64,000 nt of DNA from Candidatus Yanofskybacteria bacterium (GCA_016181175.1 JACOZV010000004.1:7718-71717), one strand, 5' to 3'; shown: positions 7,004 to 18,294, numbered from the stretch's first letter. Numbers and translations are program-made. Notes: generated by a model from the sequence alone, not told the origin.

Positions 7004-7903
7004 CTATCTGAATCTTTTGTTATTTTTTATTAATTTTTTTGCTCTTCGTATTAACCGTGTTAAAAATGAAAAAAATAAAATAACCAAAAAAGTCGGCGTG
7101 CCAATTGCCAAATATGCAAATCCGTGGGGGACGAATTTCTCAATTCTTGCAAGCCCTACTTTATCCACGGCTTTTATCTCTATTATACTAAACGGATACA
7201 AATGCCGCAAAACATAAGGACTGTCTGCTTCACGCCACTGACCAAACAAACCAAGAGTTTTTTCCTTAACTTCATAGTGGCTAATGCCACTTCCCTTGTC
7301 TTGGGCTGAAAAAACGGCAACTCTGGCGCCATCAAATAAATTCTCGTTTTTGGTTATGAGTATCTCAAACTTTTCGGGCGCATAAAAATCCACAATTCGT
7401 GTTTTGATTATCTCTTGGTCGCCAGCTTCAAGAATATTAACAGCCGCTATCCCCGTGGTAACCGGCGCCTCCTGGCCTCCATCTTGGTGCAAATAAACCT
7501 TAAAATCTTCGAAAAATATCCGAGCTTCTCCTGTTTTCTTGGCCAAAAATGATAAATCAATAATTTTATCTTCCTTATCAGTGGTTGGTCCCTCTCCTCC
7601 GGGTATAATACCTGAAAATTTAATTGTATCTTTTCCGATTAAGGCTGGCCTATCAACCCATAAATTTATCAGCGAATTGGCATCAGAAAAATCTTTATAT
7701 TCAAGCAGGTTTGGGTCAAATTTGATTTTACTTTCTATGGCATTTATAAATTCTTCCGGATTTATCAGAACCTTAACTGAAAAAATCTGACCGGCCTCAA
7801 TTTCGCCCGGGATAGAAAAATATAATTTGGCCGCCGAGGCAAAATTAGAGAATAGTAAGTAGAAAGTAGAAAGTAGTAAAAAAATTAAATATTTTTTAAA
7901 CAT
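7004..7903 (-). CDS. Cohesin-domain protein with signal peptide and C-terminal membrane anchor
   Basis: The N-terminal signal is followed by KLYFSIPGEIEAGQIFSVKVLINPEEFINAIESKIKFDPNLLEY, a cohesin-like pattern. The C-terminus has the hydrophobic helix YLAIGTPTFLVILFFSFL and a basic tail. Confidence 0.6.
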   Translation of the reverse strand: MFKKYLIFLLLSTFYLLFSNFASAAKLYFSIPGEIEAGQIFSVKVLINPEEFINAIESKIKFDPNLLEYKDFSDANSLINLWVDRPALIGKDTIKFSGIIPGGEGPTTDKEDKIIDLSFLAKKTGEARIFFEDFKVYLHQDGGQEAPVTTGIAAVNILEAGDQEIIKTRIVDFYAPEKFEILITKNENLFDGARVAVFSAQDKGSGISHYEVKEKTLGLFGQWREADSPYVLRHLYPFSIIEIKAVDKVGLARIEKFVPHGFAYLAIGTPTFLVILFFSFLTRLIRRAKKLIKNNKRFR

Positions 7904-7930
7904 TTTTGTTCAGAAGTAATCTATCTGACT

Positions 7931-9730
7931 CTATCCGGACCAATGGAATGCTAATATGCTAAAGTCGGCTAAGTTCAAAAGTCCGTCACAGTTCAAGTCA
8001 ACATTAGAACCTTCGGGAACTGTTCTTTTCCACCAGTAAGCCATAATAGAAAAGTCTATTAGATTAATTTTTCCGTCACTATTAATATCGGCGTCGCGGG
8101 AACATTCTTTTTGCGGAACCGCAACGCCGATTCCAAAAGTCACCAGCTGGGAAAAAATGGATTCATCACCGGTTTTTAAAACTTCGGTTTTGGTTTTAAC
8201 AGTATGAATACCCTTCTCCAGACCGATAGTAGAAAAAACCTGTGAATAATCTCCGTTCAACAACGATTTGGTAATATAATCTTTTGGTTCTGATACGACG
8301 CTCACTCTGACTTGGGAATCGGGCACGGAAGACCCGCTAACGGTCAATTGCTCTCCTAGGTTAACGGAGGTTTTATTTAAACTGATTGTCGGCGGCAAAA
8401 CAATATTGGACACTTTTGCGATAGAACCGCTTGTCAAAATTTCCCGCTTAGTAAAGGTTACCGAACGCCGGCCGGTTTTGTCTTGCGCCCAAAATCCAAA
8501 GTTATAACCACCCGCTGATAACCCCGATAAAATAAAGCTGAATTTGCCGCTACTGTCAGCCGTAGTCGCACCGGCATTAGATCCGTCTTTCAAAAAATTA
8601 ATAACTGCCGACGGGTAAGCAAAACCCCCAAACTCCACAGCCGCTGTTGCAAGTATAGACCCGCCGCCGCCACCTCCGCCTCCGCCACTCGAAGCCGGTG
8701 TGGGCGTCGGTGTAGCCGCCGTGGTTCCAAAAATGGCAAATGAACTAAAATTAGCAGTAGAAAAAGTAATTGTTTTATTGGTTGTATTAATTGTCGCTCC
8801 GCTAACCAGTTGCCATGAGGAGTCGCTGGATCCCCAACGATAAGGCGCAAGGGAGCTTTCTGTAATACCGCTTACATCCGAACTGGAATAACTAAGAGTA
8901 ATGGTAGCCGGAATAGAAATGGCGCTTATCTGGTCTCCGGTACTTGGATGAAAAATGTTAAAGTCGTATGTTTTGCCGACAAAGTTTTTTTGGGAAGGCG
9001 CCGGTTTGCTGGAAGCAAAATAACTATTTGGAAAAGAATTTGCGACGAGTTGAACCGTCTGTGTGTAGAAGTTCTGAGGAAAATCAAGAACAGCGGTCGT
9101 ACCGCCGCTGTTGGTTAAAGTAAGAGCATTTCTGGTGGCCACATTAAAAGTAGAGGCATTGGCCGCTTCTGCTATGCTACTTGAGACGGGAGTAACACTT
9201 TTTTCATTAGAGGTAGCGACAACATTGCCCACCCCGTCTTTTGTTTCAATTTTAAAAGTATAATCGGAGTTATTAGTTAAACTTGATTTTTGATAGAAAA
9301 TAACATTCCCTACGTTTTGGCACGAATAAGTTCCGCCTGAAGTTAATTTTGTGCAAACATTATATCCACCAACAGAAAAACCCTGGGATGCCGAAGCCGG
9401 TGTCCAAGAAAGAAAAGCTTCGGCATTCCCCTTTAAAGCAGTATGCAATATTGGAGCTGTTACTTTCGGAAAATACAAAAACCCACTTCTCAAACCAAAG
9501 TTAGTAATTGAAGAACTGCCGATGGCTAAGTCGCCGACCGTTGCTCTCAAAATAAAACTTGACGAGCTTGACGAAGCTGTACCGCCGAAAATCGAATGTT
9601 GTGAGTCCAAAATCCTAAAATTATCGGAAGATAAACTCGCGCCAATAGAAATTTCGGCCGAGACAAAATCAGGGATTAGAAATACCAAAAACAATATTAT
9701 TAACACCAATAAACCCTTGTAATGGCTCAC
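7931..9730 (-). CDS. Secreted beta-rich protein with a C-terminal type-I dockerin
   Basis: It has a signal peptide, FN3/Ig-like Ser/Thr-rich repeats and a Gly9 linker. The C-terminal duplicated calcium-loop motifs DINSDGKINLIDFS and DLNCDGLLNLADFS are the dockerin signature. Confidence 0.7.
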   Translation of the reverse strand: MSHYKGLLVLIILFLVFLIPDFVSAEISIGASLSSDNFRILDSQHSIFGGTASSSSSSFILRATVGDLAIGSSSITNFGLRSGFLYFPKVTAPILHTALKGNAEAFLSWTPASASQGFSVGGYNVCTKLTSGGTYSCQNVGNVIFYQKSSLTNNSDYTFKIETKDGVGNVVATSNEKSVTPVSSSIAEAANASTFNVATRNALTLTNSGGTTAVLDFPQNFYTQTVQLVANSFPNSYFASSKPAPSQKNFVGKTYDFNIFHPSTGDQISAISIPATITLSYSSSDVSGITESSLAPYRWGSSDSSWQLVSGATINTTNKTITFSTANFSSFAIFGTTAATPTPTPASSGGGGGGGGGSILATAAVEFGGFAYPSAVINFLKDGSNAGATTADSSGKFSFILSGLSAGGYNFGFWAQDKTGRRSVTFTKREILTSGSIAKVSNIVLPPTISLNKTSVNLGEQLTVSGSSVPDSQVRVSVVSEPKDYITKSLLNGDYSQVFSTIGLEKGIHTVKTKTEVLKTGDESIFSQLVTFGIGVAVPQKECSRDADINSDGKINLIDFSIMAYWWKRTVPEGSNVDLNCDGLLNLADFSILAFHWSG

Positions 9731-9746
9731 TTGCTAATTTTAACAC

Positions 9747-9773
9747 AAAACCGCCGCAAAAGCGGCGGTTTTA
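9747..9773 (-). terminator. Rho-independent terminator
   Basis: aaaaccgccgc-aaaa-gcggcggtttt lies just downstream of the minus-strand CDS ending at 9791. Confidence 0.6.
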
Positions 9774-9790
9774 TCAACAAATTTAAAATT

Positions 9791-10237
9791 TTACTTATTT
9801 CCTATGCTTATAGGGGCTACTTCTACAATTTTATTGTTATCCGGGTCATAGAGGATGGCTTTTTTAGCATTGGCATACAGCAAAAGCTTGTCGCCCTTTT
9901 TTGCTTTCACGAAGAATTGCTGGTCTTTTAATTTTTCCGGATCTGAAACAGTGGCAACAGTCGGCGTTTCTCCTTCGGGCAATATGATAAGTTTGGAAAT
10001 TTGAGCAACCAACTTGGCTGTTTCTTCCCTGACGATCTTGTTTGGATCTTCTTTTAGCACGGCTGCTTCATTGTAAAAATAAAACGCTAAACCGCTTGTC
10101 GTAAGCGCAAGAAAAACCAAAATGGGAATCAAATGTTTTTTACGCTTGGGTGGTGTTTGAACGGCTAAATCTGTACCTAAGCCTTCGTTATTCATTTCTT
10201 CCTCTACTACAACTTCATTATTTATATGTTTACTCAT
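9791..10237 (-). CDS. Hypothetical membrane-anchored protein
   Basis: 148-aa ORF with one TM helix (LIPILVFLALTTSGLAFYFY). No recognisable motif. Confidence 0.5.
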   Translation of the reverse strand: MSKHINNEVVVEEEMNNEGLGTDLAVQTPPKRKKHLIPILVFLALTTSGLAFYFYNEAAVLKEDPNKIVREETAKLVAQISKLIILPEGETPTVATVSDPEKLKDQQFFVKAKKGDKLLLYANAKKAILYDPDNNKIVEVAPISIGNK

Positions 10238-10296
10238 ATCAATATACTACTTAACTAATTTTTAACTTTCAAGACGACTGTGGATAACTTCTGCTT

Positions 10297-12393
10297 TTAC
10301 TGATTCGTTTTAGGATTTAGATAGCCCTGAAGCTGGTTTAAATAGTTTGTGGTGTCATAGCGGTCCGGATCAAGATATAAAGATTTTTGAAACGAGTCTT
10401 CCGCTTTTTCAAACTGACCAGTCCTGAAATAAGCTAGACCAAGCCACATATAACTCTCTGGGGTTTTCTCGCCCATATCAATCGCGTTCTCCAGAAAAAT
10501 AATCGCCGAAATTAAACTCTGGGGATCATTCTTCCACACTTTAATAGAACCCATATACAACCAAACCCAGCTGTTTTTAGGATATTCGGCCACTACTTTT
10601 TTCAAGACAGAAGTGGACAAATTTTCACTGCCCATTAAATAAATAAACCGGCCGGCAATAATTCTATCTAACACATCATCGGACGTCAGCATGTGGTTAA
10701 TTCTCTCGTTGAGATTTCCAGGAGTACTAAATTTATTAATAACTTCACTGTTCTGAGGAATGTTTCTCAAAAGAATTACTGCATAAGAATCAATATAAAC
10801 TAATGACCATAATGGATCGCGCAAGCGCCTCAATAAAAAACTTCCCACAACCGGACTTCCGTCCCGCAAACTTATAAATATCGCGTTCAGGTTATATTTA
10901 TCCCGCGCTTCAATCCATTTTTCTTCACTTGATAGCGCCGGTATGAAAACATCATCAAAAAAAGAAACAGGATAAGAATCGGCTCCATTGTTGTCAACAA
11001 AAACACGCTCTTTAGGAAATAAGTGATAAATAATATAACCTCCGATATCATAATCATTAAAAATAGGACCTTTTAAGTTATTATTCTTGAAAAATTCTCC
11101 GGCATCATTTGAGTGGCGACCTAATCCAATGCCCCAGTCATTCTTATATCCCCGCGAAGCCGCATCCGCATTCAAATCATAAGCCTTATAAGGATAAACA
11201 GCAGAGATAATGACAACTAAACTATACCCTAACACGACTGCCAATTTTGGCCTTTTTTGCCTTAACCAATTTTTTATCGCAAGAAAAACACCATTAAAAT
11301 TAGACGAAACCGCGGGTAAAAATATAAACGCAAAAAGAGTAATTAATCTAATTTGGTTAAGTCCCGCGACGGCGCTAGCAAGTCCGGCCAATAAAAAGAA
11401 TATCGGTTTGTTTTTGTAGCGAAAACCAAAAATGGAACTAAAAAGAAAAATAAATACCATGGGCGCAAATGGCGAATTGAAAATATCCCACGAAAAAATA
11501 CTGGCTTTCAAATTAAAAAATGGCTGGTTTTCGCTTACCGAAAATGAGGCATAGTGAAATTTAATTTTAAGCGGAGCAAGCGCTCCTTCTAAGCCGTTGG
11601 GGTTGATAAATATTACAGCGAACAGTATAAACAGGACCGAAAGTAATTTTTTAACCACCGGATCATTTCGCAAATTTTTTAAATTTATTCTCCAATCCGC
11701 CAGCCGCCCGAATTGGCGGAGGCGGATTTTGGGCATATATAAAACAACTTTCTCAAACAAAAATCCGGCAACCAGAACGATGCCGAGAAAAAAGAAAAGA
11801 TGAAAATTAACCCACAAAAGCTGAAGCGGAATAAGCCAAAAAATCCTTTTTCTTTCCGGATGTTTTTCCAGGTCAAACAGCAAATAAAGAAACAGGGCGA
11901 GAAAAAGATAACTGAACATTTCCGGCCGTATTCTGTTGCGGCCCGCCAAGATCAAAATAGTCGGCAAAGAAAAAACCGCCACCAACCAAAAGTTAGCTTT
12001 TTTCATTGCTGCAATAAAAAGAATAGCGAAAGCGGAAAGAAGAATCGCGGTTTTTAAAATAGTCAATGCCCCAAAGCCGAAGATTTCGGACACGAGATAA
12101 AAAACAACGCTACTCATCCAGTGATGGTCGTATACAGGATGGTCCGGCACCGTAAAAGAATAGATGTTATTTCTAAATACATTTTGAGTTTCCCAAATCG
12201 TTTTGCCGTCCATAATATACAGACCGGTGTCGTTATCCATGTGCGGCAAACTTATCTTAATAAGCAAAAAAGAGGCATAAAAAGCCAGAATGATAATAAA
12301 AATCAGAATTTTCTTATAATCGGCGGGAATCAAATTCTTCATAAAACATTTTAGAGATAGCGCCAATGACATTGGAAAGTTTTTCAATGTCAT
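10297..12393 (-). CDS. Polytopic membrane protein with C-terminal TPR repeats (GT-C/ArnT-PMT-like glycosyltransferase fold suspected)
   Basis: More than 10 hydrophobic helices are followed by a soluble region ending in TPR-like WLGLAYFRTGQFEKAEDSFQKSLYLDPD. The true start may be an internal Met (12372 or 12342), because the ORF overlaps the upstream gene. Confidence 0.55.
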   Translation of the reverse strand: MTLKNFPMSLALSLKCFMKNLIPADYKKILIFIIILAFYASFLLIKISLPHMDNDTGLYIMDGKTIWETQNVFRNNIYSFTVPDHPVYDHHWMSSVVFYLVSEIFGFGALTILKTAILLSAFAILFIAAMKKANFWLVAVFSLPTILILAGRNRIRPEMFSYLFLALFLYLLFDLEKHPERKRIFWLIPLQLLWVNFHLFFFLGIVLVAGFLFEKVVLYMPKIRLRQFGRLADWRINLKNLRNDPVVKKLLSVLFILFAVIFINPNGLEGALAPLKIKFHYASFSVSENQPFFNLKASIFSWDIFNSPFAPMVFIFLFSSIFGFRYKNKPIFFLLAGLASAVAGLNQIRLITLFAFIFLPAVSSNFNGVFLAIKNWLRQKRPKLAVVLGYSLVVIISAVYPYKAYDLNADAASRGYKNDWGIGLGRHSNDAGEFFKNNNLKGPIFNDYDIGGYIIYHLFPKERVFVDNNGADSYPVSFFDDVFIPALSSEEKWIEARDKYNLNAIFISLRDGSPVVGSFLLRRLRDPLWSLVYIDSYAVILLRNIPQNSEVINKFSTPGNLNERINHMLTSDDVLDRIIAGRFIYLMGSENLSTSVLKKVVAEYPKNSWVWLYMGSIKVWKNDPQSLISAIIFLENAIDMGEKTPESYMWLGLAYFRTGQFEKAEDSFQKSLYLDPDRYDTTNYLNQLQGYLNPKTNQ

Positions 12394-13303
12394 GACCGCG
12401 CGTCATTACGCAAAGAAGGTACGGATTTTTAGGGTAATATACGATACCGCAATCATGGAGTTGTTTTATGCCACCCTCAAACCCGGTTCGCTCCCCGAAT
12501 TTATGCGCTACCGAAATTTCGGGGGGAACCCCAGCTACAATACCAATATTAAAATCTGTATTTGCCAGAAATTCTAATGTCTTTTCTGAAGTTTCTTTAT
12601 TCCTAAAAAATGATGCGTGGTAAAGCTGAATAAATATTGAGGAGTATGATTTTACGCTTATTACTTCGTCACGCTCTCCTCTTGGACTGACAATGCCCAA
12701 ATCTTGAATCGTTTCAGTAAAAACATCTGTATTTGGATAGGCCTGAATTAAATATTTAGTCAAAACAATGTATGCCTTATTGTCAGAATATTTAATCAGA
12801 CGCTTAAGCAAATCGTTTACAGAATAAGATTCATTTTCTTGAATTGATTCTTTTGGAGAAATTAATTGCTCAAAAATCACTTCTTTTGTCGTATGGTATG
12901 TTAATTTTTTTTCGAGCAACTCTGGTTTGTCCTCGGCAAAATTTAAATAGGTTATAAGCAGGGGCACCTTAAGTAAGCTGGCCGGGGCAAAAACGGCATG
13001 GTCATCAATACCCAGTGTCGGACCGCTCACAAGGTCTCTAAAATAAATGGACACATTAGTAATTTCTTTCTCTTTTATTTTAGAATCAATGAATTCTTCA
13101 ATCCTGCTCTTTAAGTCAGCATAAGCATGTTTTTTTATAACAAAAGAGTTATCGCAAGCCAGTTCTTTATTAATAAATTTAAACCTAGATTGATTACAAA
13201 AAAGATTAATATCAATAATATTAAATTTGTTTGCCAAAAATCCTCCTCCAAAAAGAATGAAAATAATAAGAAGGGTATTTGAAAACCTAAACCCAAAAAG
13301 CAT
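12314..13303 (-). CDS. Class A beta-lactamase-like serine hydrolase, membrane-anchored
   Basis: SxxK (ASLLK), SDN (YSDN) and KTG-like (HKFGERTG) motifs occur in the right order, and there is an N-terminal TM helix. Confidence 0.6.
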   Translation of the reverse strand: MLFGFRFSNTLLIIFILFGGGFLANKFNIIDINLFCNQSRFKFINKELACDNSFVIKKHAYADLKSRIEEFIDSKIKEKEITNVSIYFRDLVSGPTLGIDDHAVFAPASLLKVPLLITYLNFAEDKPELLEKKLTYHTTKEVIFEQLISPKESIQENESYSVNDLLKRLIKYSDNKAYIVLTKYLIQAYPNTDVFTETIQDLGIVSPRGERDEVISVKSYSSIFIQLYHASFFRNKETSEKTLEFLANTDFNIGIVAGVPPEISVAHKFGERTGFEGGIKQLHDCGIVYYPKNPYLLCVMTRGHDIEKLSNVIGAISKMFYEEFDSRRL

Positions 13304-13339
13304 CTTTTCAGTTTAAACTAAAATAAGAGTTTTTCAAAT

Positions 13340-16300
13340 TTAAGTGTCCGGTGAAGTTTCCGAAAGCGGAGATTCTTCTGACGGAGGCGGCTCTGGCGTT
13401 GCTTGCGGTAAGCTTGTTGAATCCGGTTCAGGAGTTGGCTCTTCCACTGGAGGTTGAACCTCTACTTGAGGTTCAACCTCGGCGGATGGCGTAGGTTCCG
13501 GAGGTGGCGATTCTTCTATTATTGGCTCCGCCGTGGACTCTTCGGATACGGATGGTTCTGATTCTGAAGTCGGTTCTATGCTCGACTCCGGAGTTGCCAA
13601 AGATTCGTAATCTTTTGAAGGAATTGGCGTCGGTTCTGGCTGTGAATTATTGAGGATACTCGGAATAACCGAACACTCACCCGGTATGTGAACCAGTTGT
13701 CCCCTTGTCATTCTTACGCAATACGGCTCCCCTGTTTCGGTATCATAAAACGTAATGCCGTTTGGCCGGTCTCGACTCCCTATGGTTAGCGAGTCGGCTT
13801 TAAGCGCCCCTGAGAAAAACGCATTACCTAAACTGTCAAAGGTAATTACCGGCGGACCAGTGCCTCGCCCCAAGCTTGAAGGACCAAATGAAGTAGAGAA
13901 TGAATCTGAAGCAACATTGAAAATACTAAATACGCCGCCATTGGCCAATTTAAACCCGACATCATCATCCACCGGCTCAATGATGTTCACGACCAGCGTA
14001 TCAGTTAAGACCCGCGGTGAAATAATTTCCAATCCGGCTATTATTCTATCAGTATATATTTCCGACAAAGATGTGCTGGCTGTTATTTCCTGCTTGTGAC
14101 TTAACATCTGGGCCAGTACCAGGCGCCCGATATCAATATCTTCTGGTATCTCATCCATATTGACCCCATATTTGCCAAGAACCGACTTTGTCCTGGCTCC
14201 GGTAGAATATGTTGTGGAAATGAACATTAAGATTTTACCTTGGTCTTCAGGAAAACCATCAGATTGGCTAGCAACACTGACGTCAAAATCTTCCAATGCC
14301 GAACCAATTATTAATCCCGCTTTATCAGTCCTTACTGCGACACCCGGAACATCGGATGCGGTAAGCAAATCGCCTTTTTTAATTTCACCATTTGCAGTTG
14401 AAACCTTAACAAGCGCCGTTCCCGACAAAGCTACGGGTTGGGTATCCGACGGCCTTTGGTCGTTCAGGTCTTTATTCATTATTTGAAATGGATCAGTAGA
14501 GATAACCCCAACTACACGGTCTTCAGGGGTTGCTTTTTTAAGAACTGCTGTTTTCTGGAGACCTTGTTTTGAGTCATATGAGGTGTCATTGGGGCCTACA
14601 GCCACCACATCACCGGGCTCTACACCATCTTCAACCACGAAATATTCTGCCAAGTCGGAACCATTGGTACCCGAAAGAGCCCAGACGATAACTGCACCGG
14701 CTGCTCCGGCGGCACCTTTTCCAAGGTTTGCAGAACCACCGCCTCCAGCGCCACCTGGAGCTGCTCCGATTGTTCCATTGCCATTATGAGCTGAGCCAGC
14801 CCCCGAACCCCCGCCGCCACCCGCACCACCCATCGGACTTCCTCCACCATCGCCGCCACCGGCGCCGGCAACTGCGGCAAAACCTGAACCGCCATTGCTT
14901 CCGCTTAGATTTAAGGTACCGCCAATTGCACTCCCCCCCACACCACCAACACCATTGGCAAGTCCTAATCCCCCGCCATTACCTTGAATATTAGCCCCAC
15001 CATTAAGTGCGCCTGTAAATCTGCTTAAATTTCCAACAACTCCGACGGTGCCACCGGTACCAACAACGATAGACACATTTCCGTTGACAGCCGTTATTCC
15101 CGCACTATACCCACCACCACCACCACCACCACCACCGTTTATCGCCGCAGCATTATTTCCACCAGCACCGCCGCCCCATACTTCCACATAAACCTGATTA
15201 ACATACGCCTGTTTAACCCAATTGCCATTAGCAGTGAAGGCGTTTATAGCTTCAATACCAAATCCCGCATCACCGCTACCAGCAGAGGTATCATCATCAC
15301 CACACGAAAATTTTCCTGTTGTTATATCCCAACCCAATGTTTGGGTATCACCATCGCAATCAACTAACCCCGAACCTCTGACTCCCCCGTTAAAGGAAGC
15401 TGAACCGACTGAAGTAAGGGCGGCCAGAGCGTGAAGTCCTTTGGATATGTCGAAAATGTAAAGGCTTGAGTCAAAGTTGAATCCAGGGTCAGGTCATCGC
15501 CGGTCAAGGTGAGATCGGTGCCGGCGGTAAGATTGGTGTGATTTGATATGTCTATGCCTTGGGAAGCTATGGTTAGGGTTGGAAAGGCGGTGAAAGTTAA
15601 GGCTCCGCCCAGACCGGCTAATACAGTGGCGCCGGCTGAATCATCCCACATGAAGAATCTGTCGGCGTTGGGGTCGGTAAGAGTGGCTCCAGTGCCGCCG
15701 TCGGCTAAAGAAACATCTGTGCCGCCGACTGTGTAGACGTTGGATCCGCCTATTGTAAGGGCGGAAACGCTGGCGGTTTTTATCTCAAGAGTATTACTGA
15801 ATTGATTGGAAGCGTTACTGAATGTCCAGCTTCCGGTGATAGTTTCATTGGCGGCACGACTTGCAGGACCGGTAGTCCAGTCTAATGTGATGGTGCCGTT
15901 GGAAGCGGTATTGCTGAAATTGAACATGTTAGCATCGAATTGTAAGGAAGCGATGGCGAAATATGTGCCGGCGGTTACGGCGATGTCTAAGCCGTCGGAA
16001 ACGTTGCCGCCTGAACCGCCGCCGGTATTCGGCGGAAGGCCAGGTATATGTAACGCCATTGAATGTGGTGGCGCCGGATATTGAGGCCGTACCGCCAACT
16101 TCAAAAGCGGTATTGGTAAGAGCACCCGCATTAATACCCAGTTTTGAAAGTGTTGATGTTAACTCTAAACTTCCGGAAATTGAAGCGCTACTTCCAAAAC
16201 TCACAAATCCGTCAAATGAAACTGAACCGTCCACCTCAAGACCACCGGAGATTAGAAGATCGTTAGCGGAATAAATTGCATCGGAATGAGTCGTTGTCGC

Positions 16301-16834
16301 TGTCCCGAATCTTGAGTATGAAGCCGTAGTTAGTCCGCCGAACTGACCAACACCAGTCGCGTTCAAAAATCTCCCCCCGTGAACCGTCTCGGCGTTAACC
16401 GCAAATCCGGAAGCAACGATCCTTTGCCTGGGTGACAATGTTTCAAAGTCAACATTGTCATCAGACACCTGAACTTCCAAATAATAGGTCTGAGAATCAA
16501 AATCCAAATTTAACGCGCTATAACTGGCAGACGTATCACCAAGTAAAGTATTAAAAACACCTTGAGTAACTTTTATCGTTATCGCAGTTCCACCGGATGA
16601 CCACAACTCATTATCACCCGTTGCCGTAGAATGGATTTCGAACTTGAAATAAAAGTTAGTTCCGTTTCCGCCAAGAAGATTTCCAGAAGCATCAGCCAGC
16701 CGTCCTTGAAAACTTAAAATTTGAGGAACAGCAGCCGAAGAATGCCACGCAAAAAAAGTAAACGAAAAAACCGCAGTAATCAAAAACAGCGTGAAAAATC
16801 TTTTTAAAATTAAAATTTTCCCTCCTTGTTTCAC
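13340..16834 (-). pseudogene. Large glycine-rich, tail-fibre/neck-appendage-like surface protein split into three frames (16834-15929, 16131-15364, 15337-13340)
   Basis: The first ORF has a signal peptide and ends in an out-of-frame Arg-rich tail after ...GVTYTWPSAE. The sense continues in the next frame (PPNTGGGSGGNVSDG...). The third frame is open well upstream of its listed start. The last part contains GSDLAEYFVVEDGVEPGD...RVVGVIS, which resembles a Peptidase_G2/intramolecular-chaperone autoprocessing domain. Confidence 0.55.
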
Positions 16835-17004
16835 TTATTAGAGAATAAATATATATTCCAATGAATTATATTTTCTCTAGTAATAATTTTAACATTAAAA
16901 CAAGCTTCCTGCTCGACTTTTATCCACAAGTTATTTTATGACATGAACGAAGACATTTTATAAGAATCCGGTTGCTTTATAAAATAAATTGTGATAATCT
17001 AATA

Positions 17005-17256
17005 ATGATGAAACCAGACATTCACCCACAATATTTTGACGCCACAGTCCACTGCGCCTGCGGAAATAAATGGAAAACCGGCTCAACAATGCCGGAGATT
17101 AGCGTGGAAATTTGCAGTCAATGCCATCCTTTCTATACGGGCAAAGAAAAAATGCTTGATACGCGAGGACGAGTTGATAGGTTCAAAAAAAGAATGGGAA
17201 AATCGGATGTTGCAATCAAAAGCAAAACCGTTAAAAAACCTCGCATCAAAAAATAG
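17005..17256 (+). CDS. rpmE: 50S ribosomal protein L31
   Basis: [22 protein letters not shown]...[13 protein letters not shown] is a canonical L31. Start chosen at the MMKPD Met. Confidence 0.9.
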   Translation: MMKPDIHPQYFDATVHCACGNKWKTGSTMPEISVEICSQCHPFYTGKEKMLDTRGRVDRFKKRMGKSDVAIKSKTVKKPRIKK

Positions 17257-17277
17257 CTTGCCACCTGGCTCTCCTCA

Positions 17278-18168
17278 ATGCCAACAGCTGAAGAACTCAA
17301 AAAAGAACTTGATCAAATTCAAAAACAACTCGCTGATCCCGAGTTTGTTTTAGATTACAAGCGAGTAGCTGAAGCATCTAAGAGATATGCCGAGATTGAA
17401 CGATTGCTTTCCGGCGGCCAGTCAACTAACTCCGGGCAGGGCCGACAAGAAACTATTATTGAAATACGCGCCGGTACCGGTGGCGAGGAAGCGGCCTTGT
17501 TTTCTTCCAGACTTTTTGAAATGTACAAAAAATATGCCGAAACACAGGGTTGGCAAACAAGCGTCCTGGATTACAGTCAAACAACGCTTGGCGGTTATAA
17601 AAACATGGTCTTTGAACTGTCAGGAAAGGAGGTTTATAATAAAATGCGGTATGAGTCAGGCGTTCATAGAGTTCAACGAATTCCCGAAACCGAAAAAAGC
17701 GGACGCGTTCACACTTCAACAGCCACAGTGGCCGTACTCCCCAAAGCAAAGGAAACAGACTTGGAAATTAAACCTGAAGACCTTGAAATATCATTTTACC
17801 GCGCCGGCGGACCGGGAGGGCAAAATGTAAATAAAGTTTCAACCGCAGTAAGATTACTTCACAAACCATCCGGTTTAGTCGTCAGCTCGCAAAAGGAACG
17901 CTCCCAAGCGCGCAACAAGGAAAGCGCGCTGGAAGTCCTGCGATCCAAATTGTTGGATATCAAAAAACGCGAAGAAGTCGGAGCCGTTACCGAGGAACGC
18001 CGCAAACAGATTGGCTCTGCTGAACGCGCCGAAAAAATACGCACTTATAATTTCCCCCAAGACCGCATTACAGATCATCGCATCAAGAAAAGCTGGGGAA
18101 ACATAAGCAAAATACTGGACGGCAATCTTGATGTAATAGTTAATGCGTTGCTGAATATTAAAAATTAA
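17278..18168 (+). CDS. prfA: Peptide chain release factor 1, N-terminally short (296 aa)
   Basis: GGQ motif ([13 protein letters not shown]) and an RF1-type PxT tripeptide context ([15 protein letters not shown]). Confidence 0.85.
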   Translation: MPTAEELKKELDQIQKQLADPEFVLDYKRVAEASKRYAEIERLLSGGQSTNSGQGRQETIIEIRAGTGGEEAALFSSRLFEMYKKYAETQGWQTSVLDYSQTTLGGYKNMVFELSGKEVYNKMRYESGVHRVQRIPETEKSGRVHTSTATVAVLPKAKETDLEIKPEDLEISFYRAGGPGGQNVNKVSTAVRLLHKPSGLVVSSQKERSQARNKESALEVLRSKLLDIKKREEVGAVTEERRKQIGSAERAEKIRTYNFPQDRITDHRIKKSWGNISKILDGNLDVIVNALLNIKN

Positions 18169-18294
18169 AAATAAAAGACTGGTTAATTTTATAATTTTTA
18201 ATTTTATAATTTTGTAAATAATTTCTAATGTTTAAAAATTAAAAACATTAAGATTTATTTAAAAATTAAAAATTGGAAATTAAAAATTACAAAA

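Noticed and set aside
8640-8700. A GGC/GGT-rich repeat, considered as a DNA-level tandem repeat.
   Set aside because: It simply encodes a Gly9 linker in the dockerin protein, with mixed codons and no exact periodic unit.
2486-15434. Many 60-130-aa ORFs on the opposite strand or in alternative frames inside large genes (for example 2486..2851, 3361..3615, 3977..4336, 5453..5821, 8590..8850, 9351..9722, 14583..14994, 15222..15434).
   Set aside because: They are fully nested in longer ORFs with recognisable domains. They have low-complexity or biased composition that mirrors the sense gene. I treated them as shadow ORFs.
18169-18294. A ~125-bp, extremely AT-rich tract with aaaaattaaaaa-type repeats, considered as a replication origin.
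   Set aside because: I noticed no DnaA-box-like motifs (TTATCCACA-type) and no dnaA or dnaN nearby. It is more simply an AT-rich promoter or spacer region.
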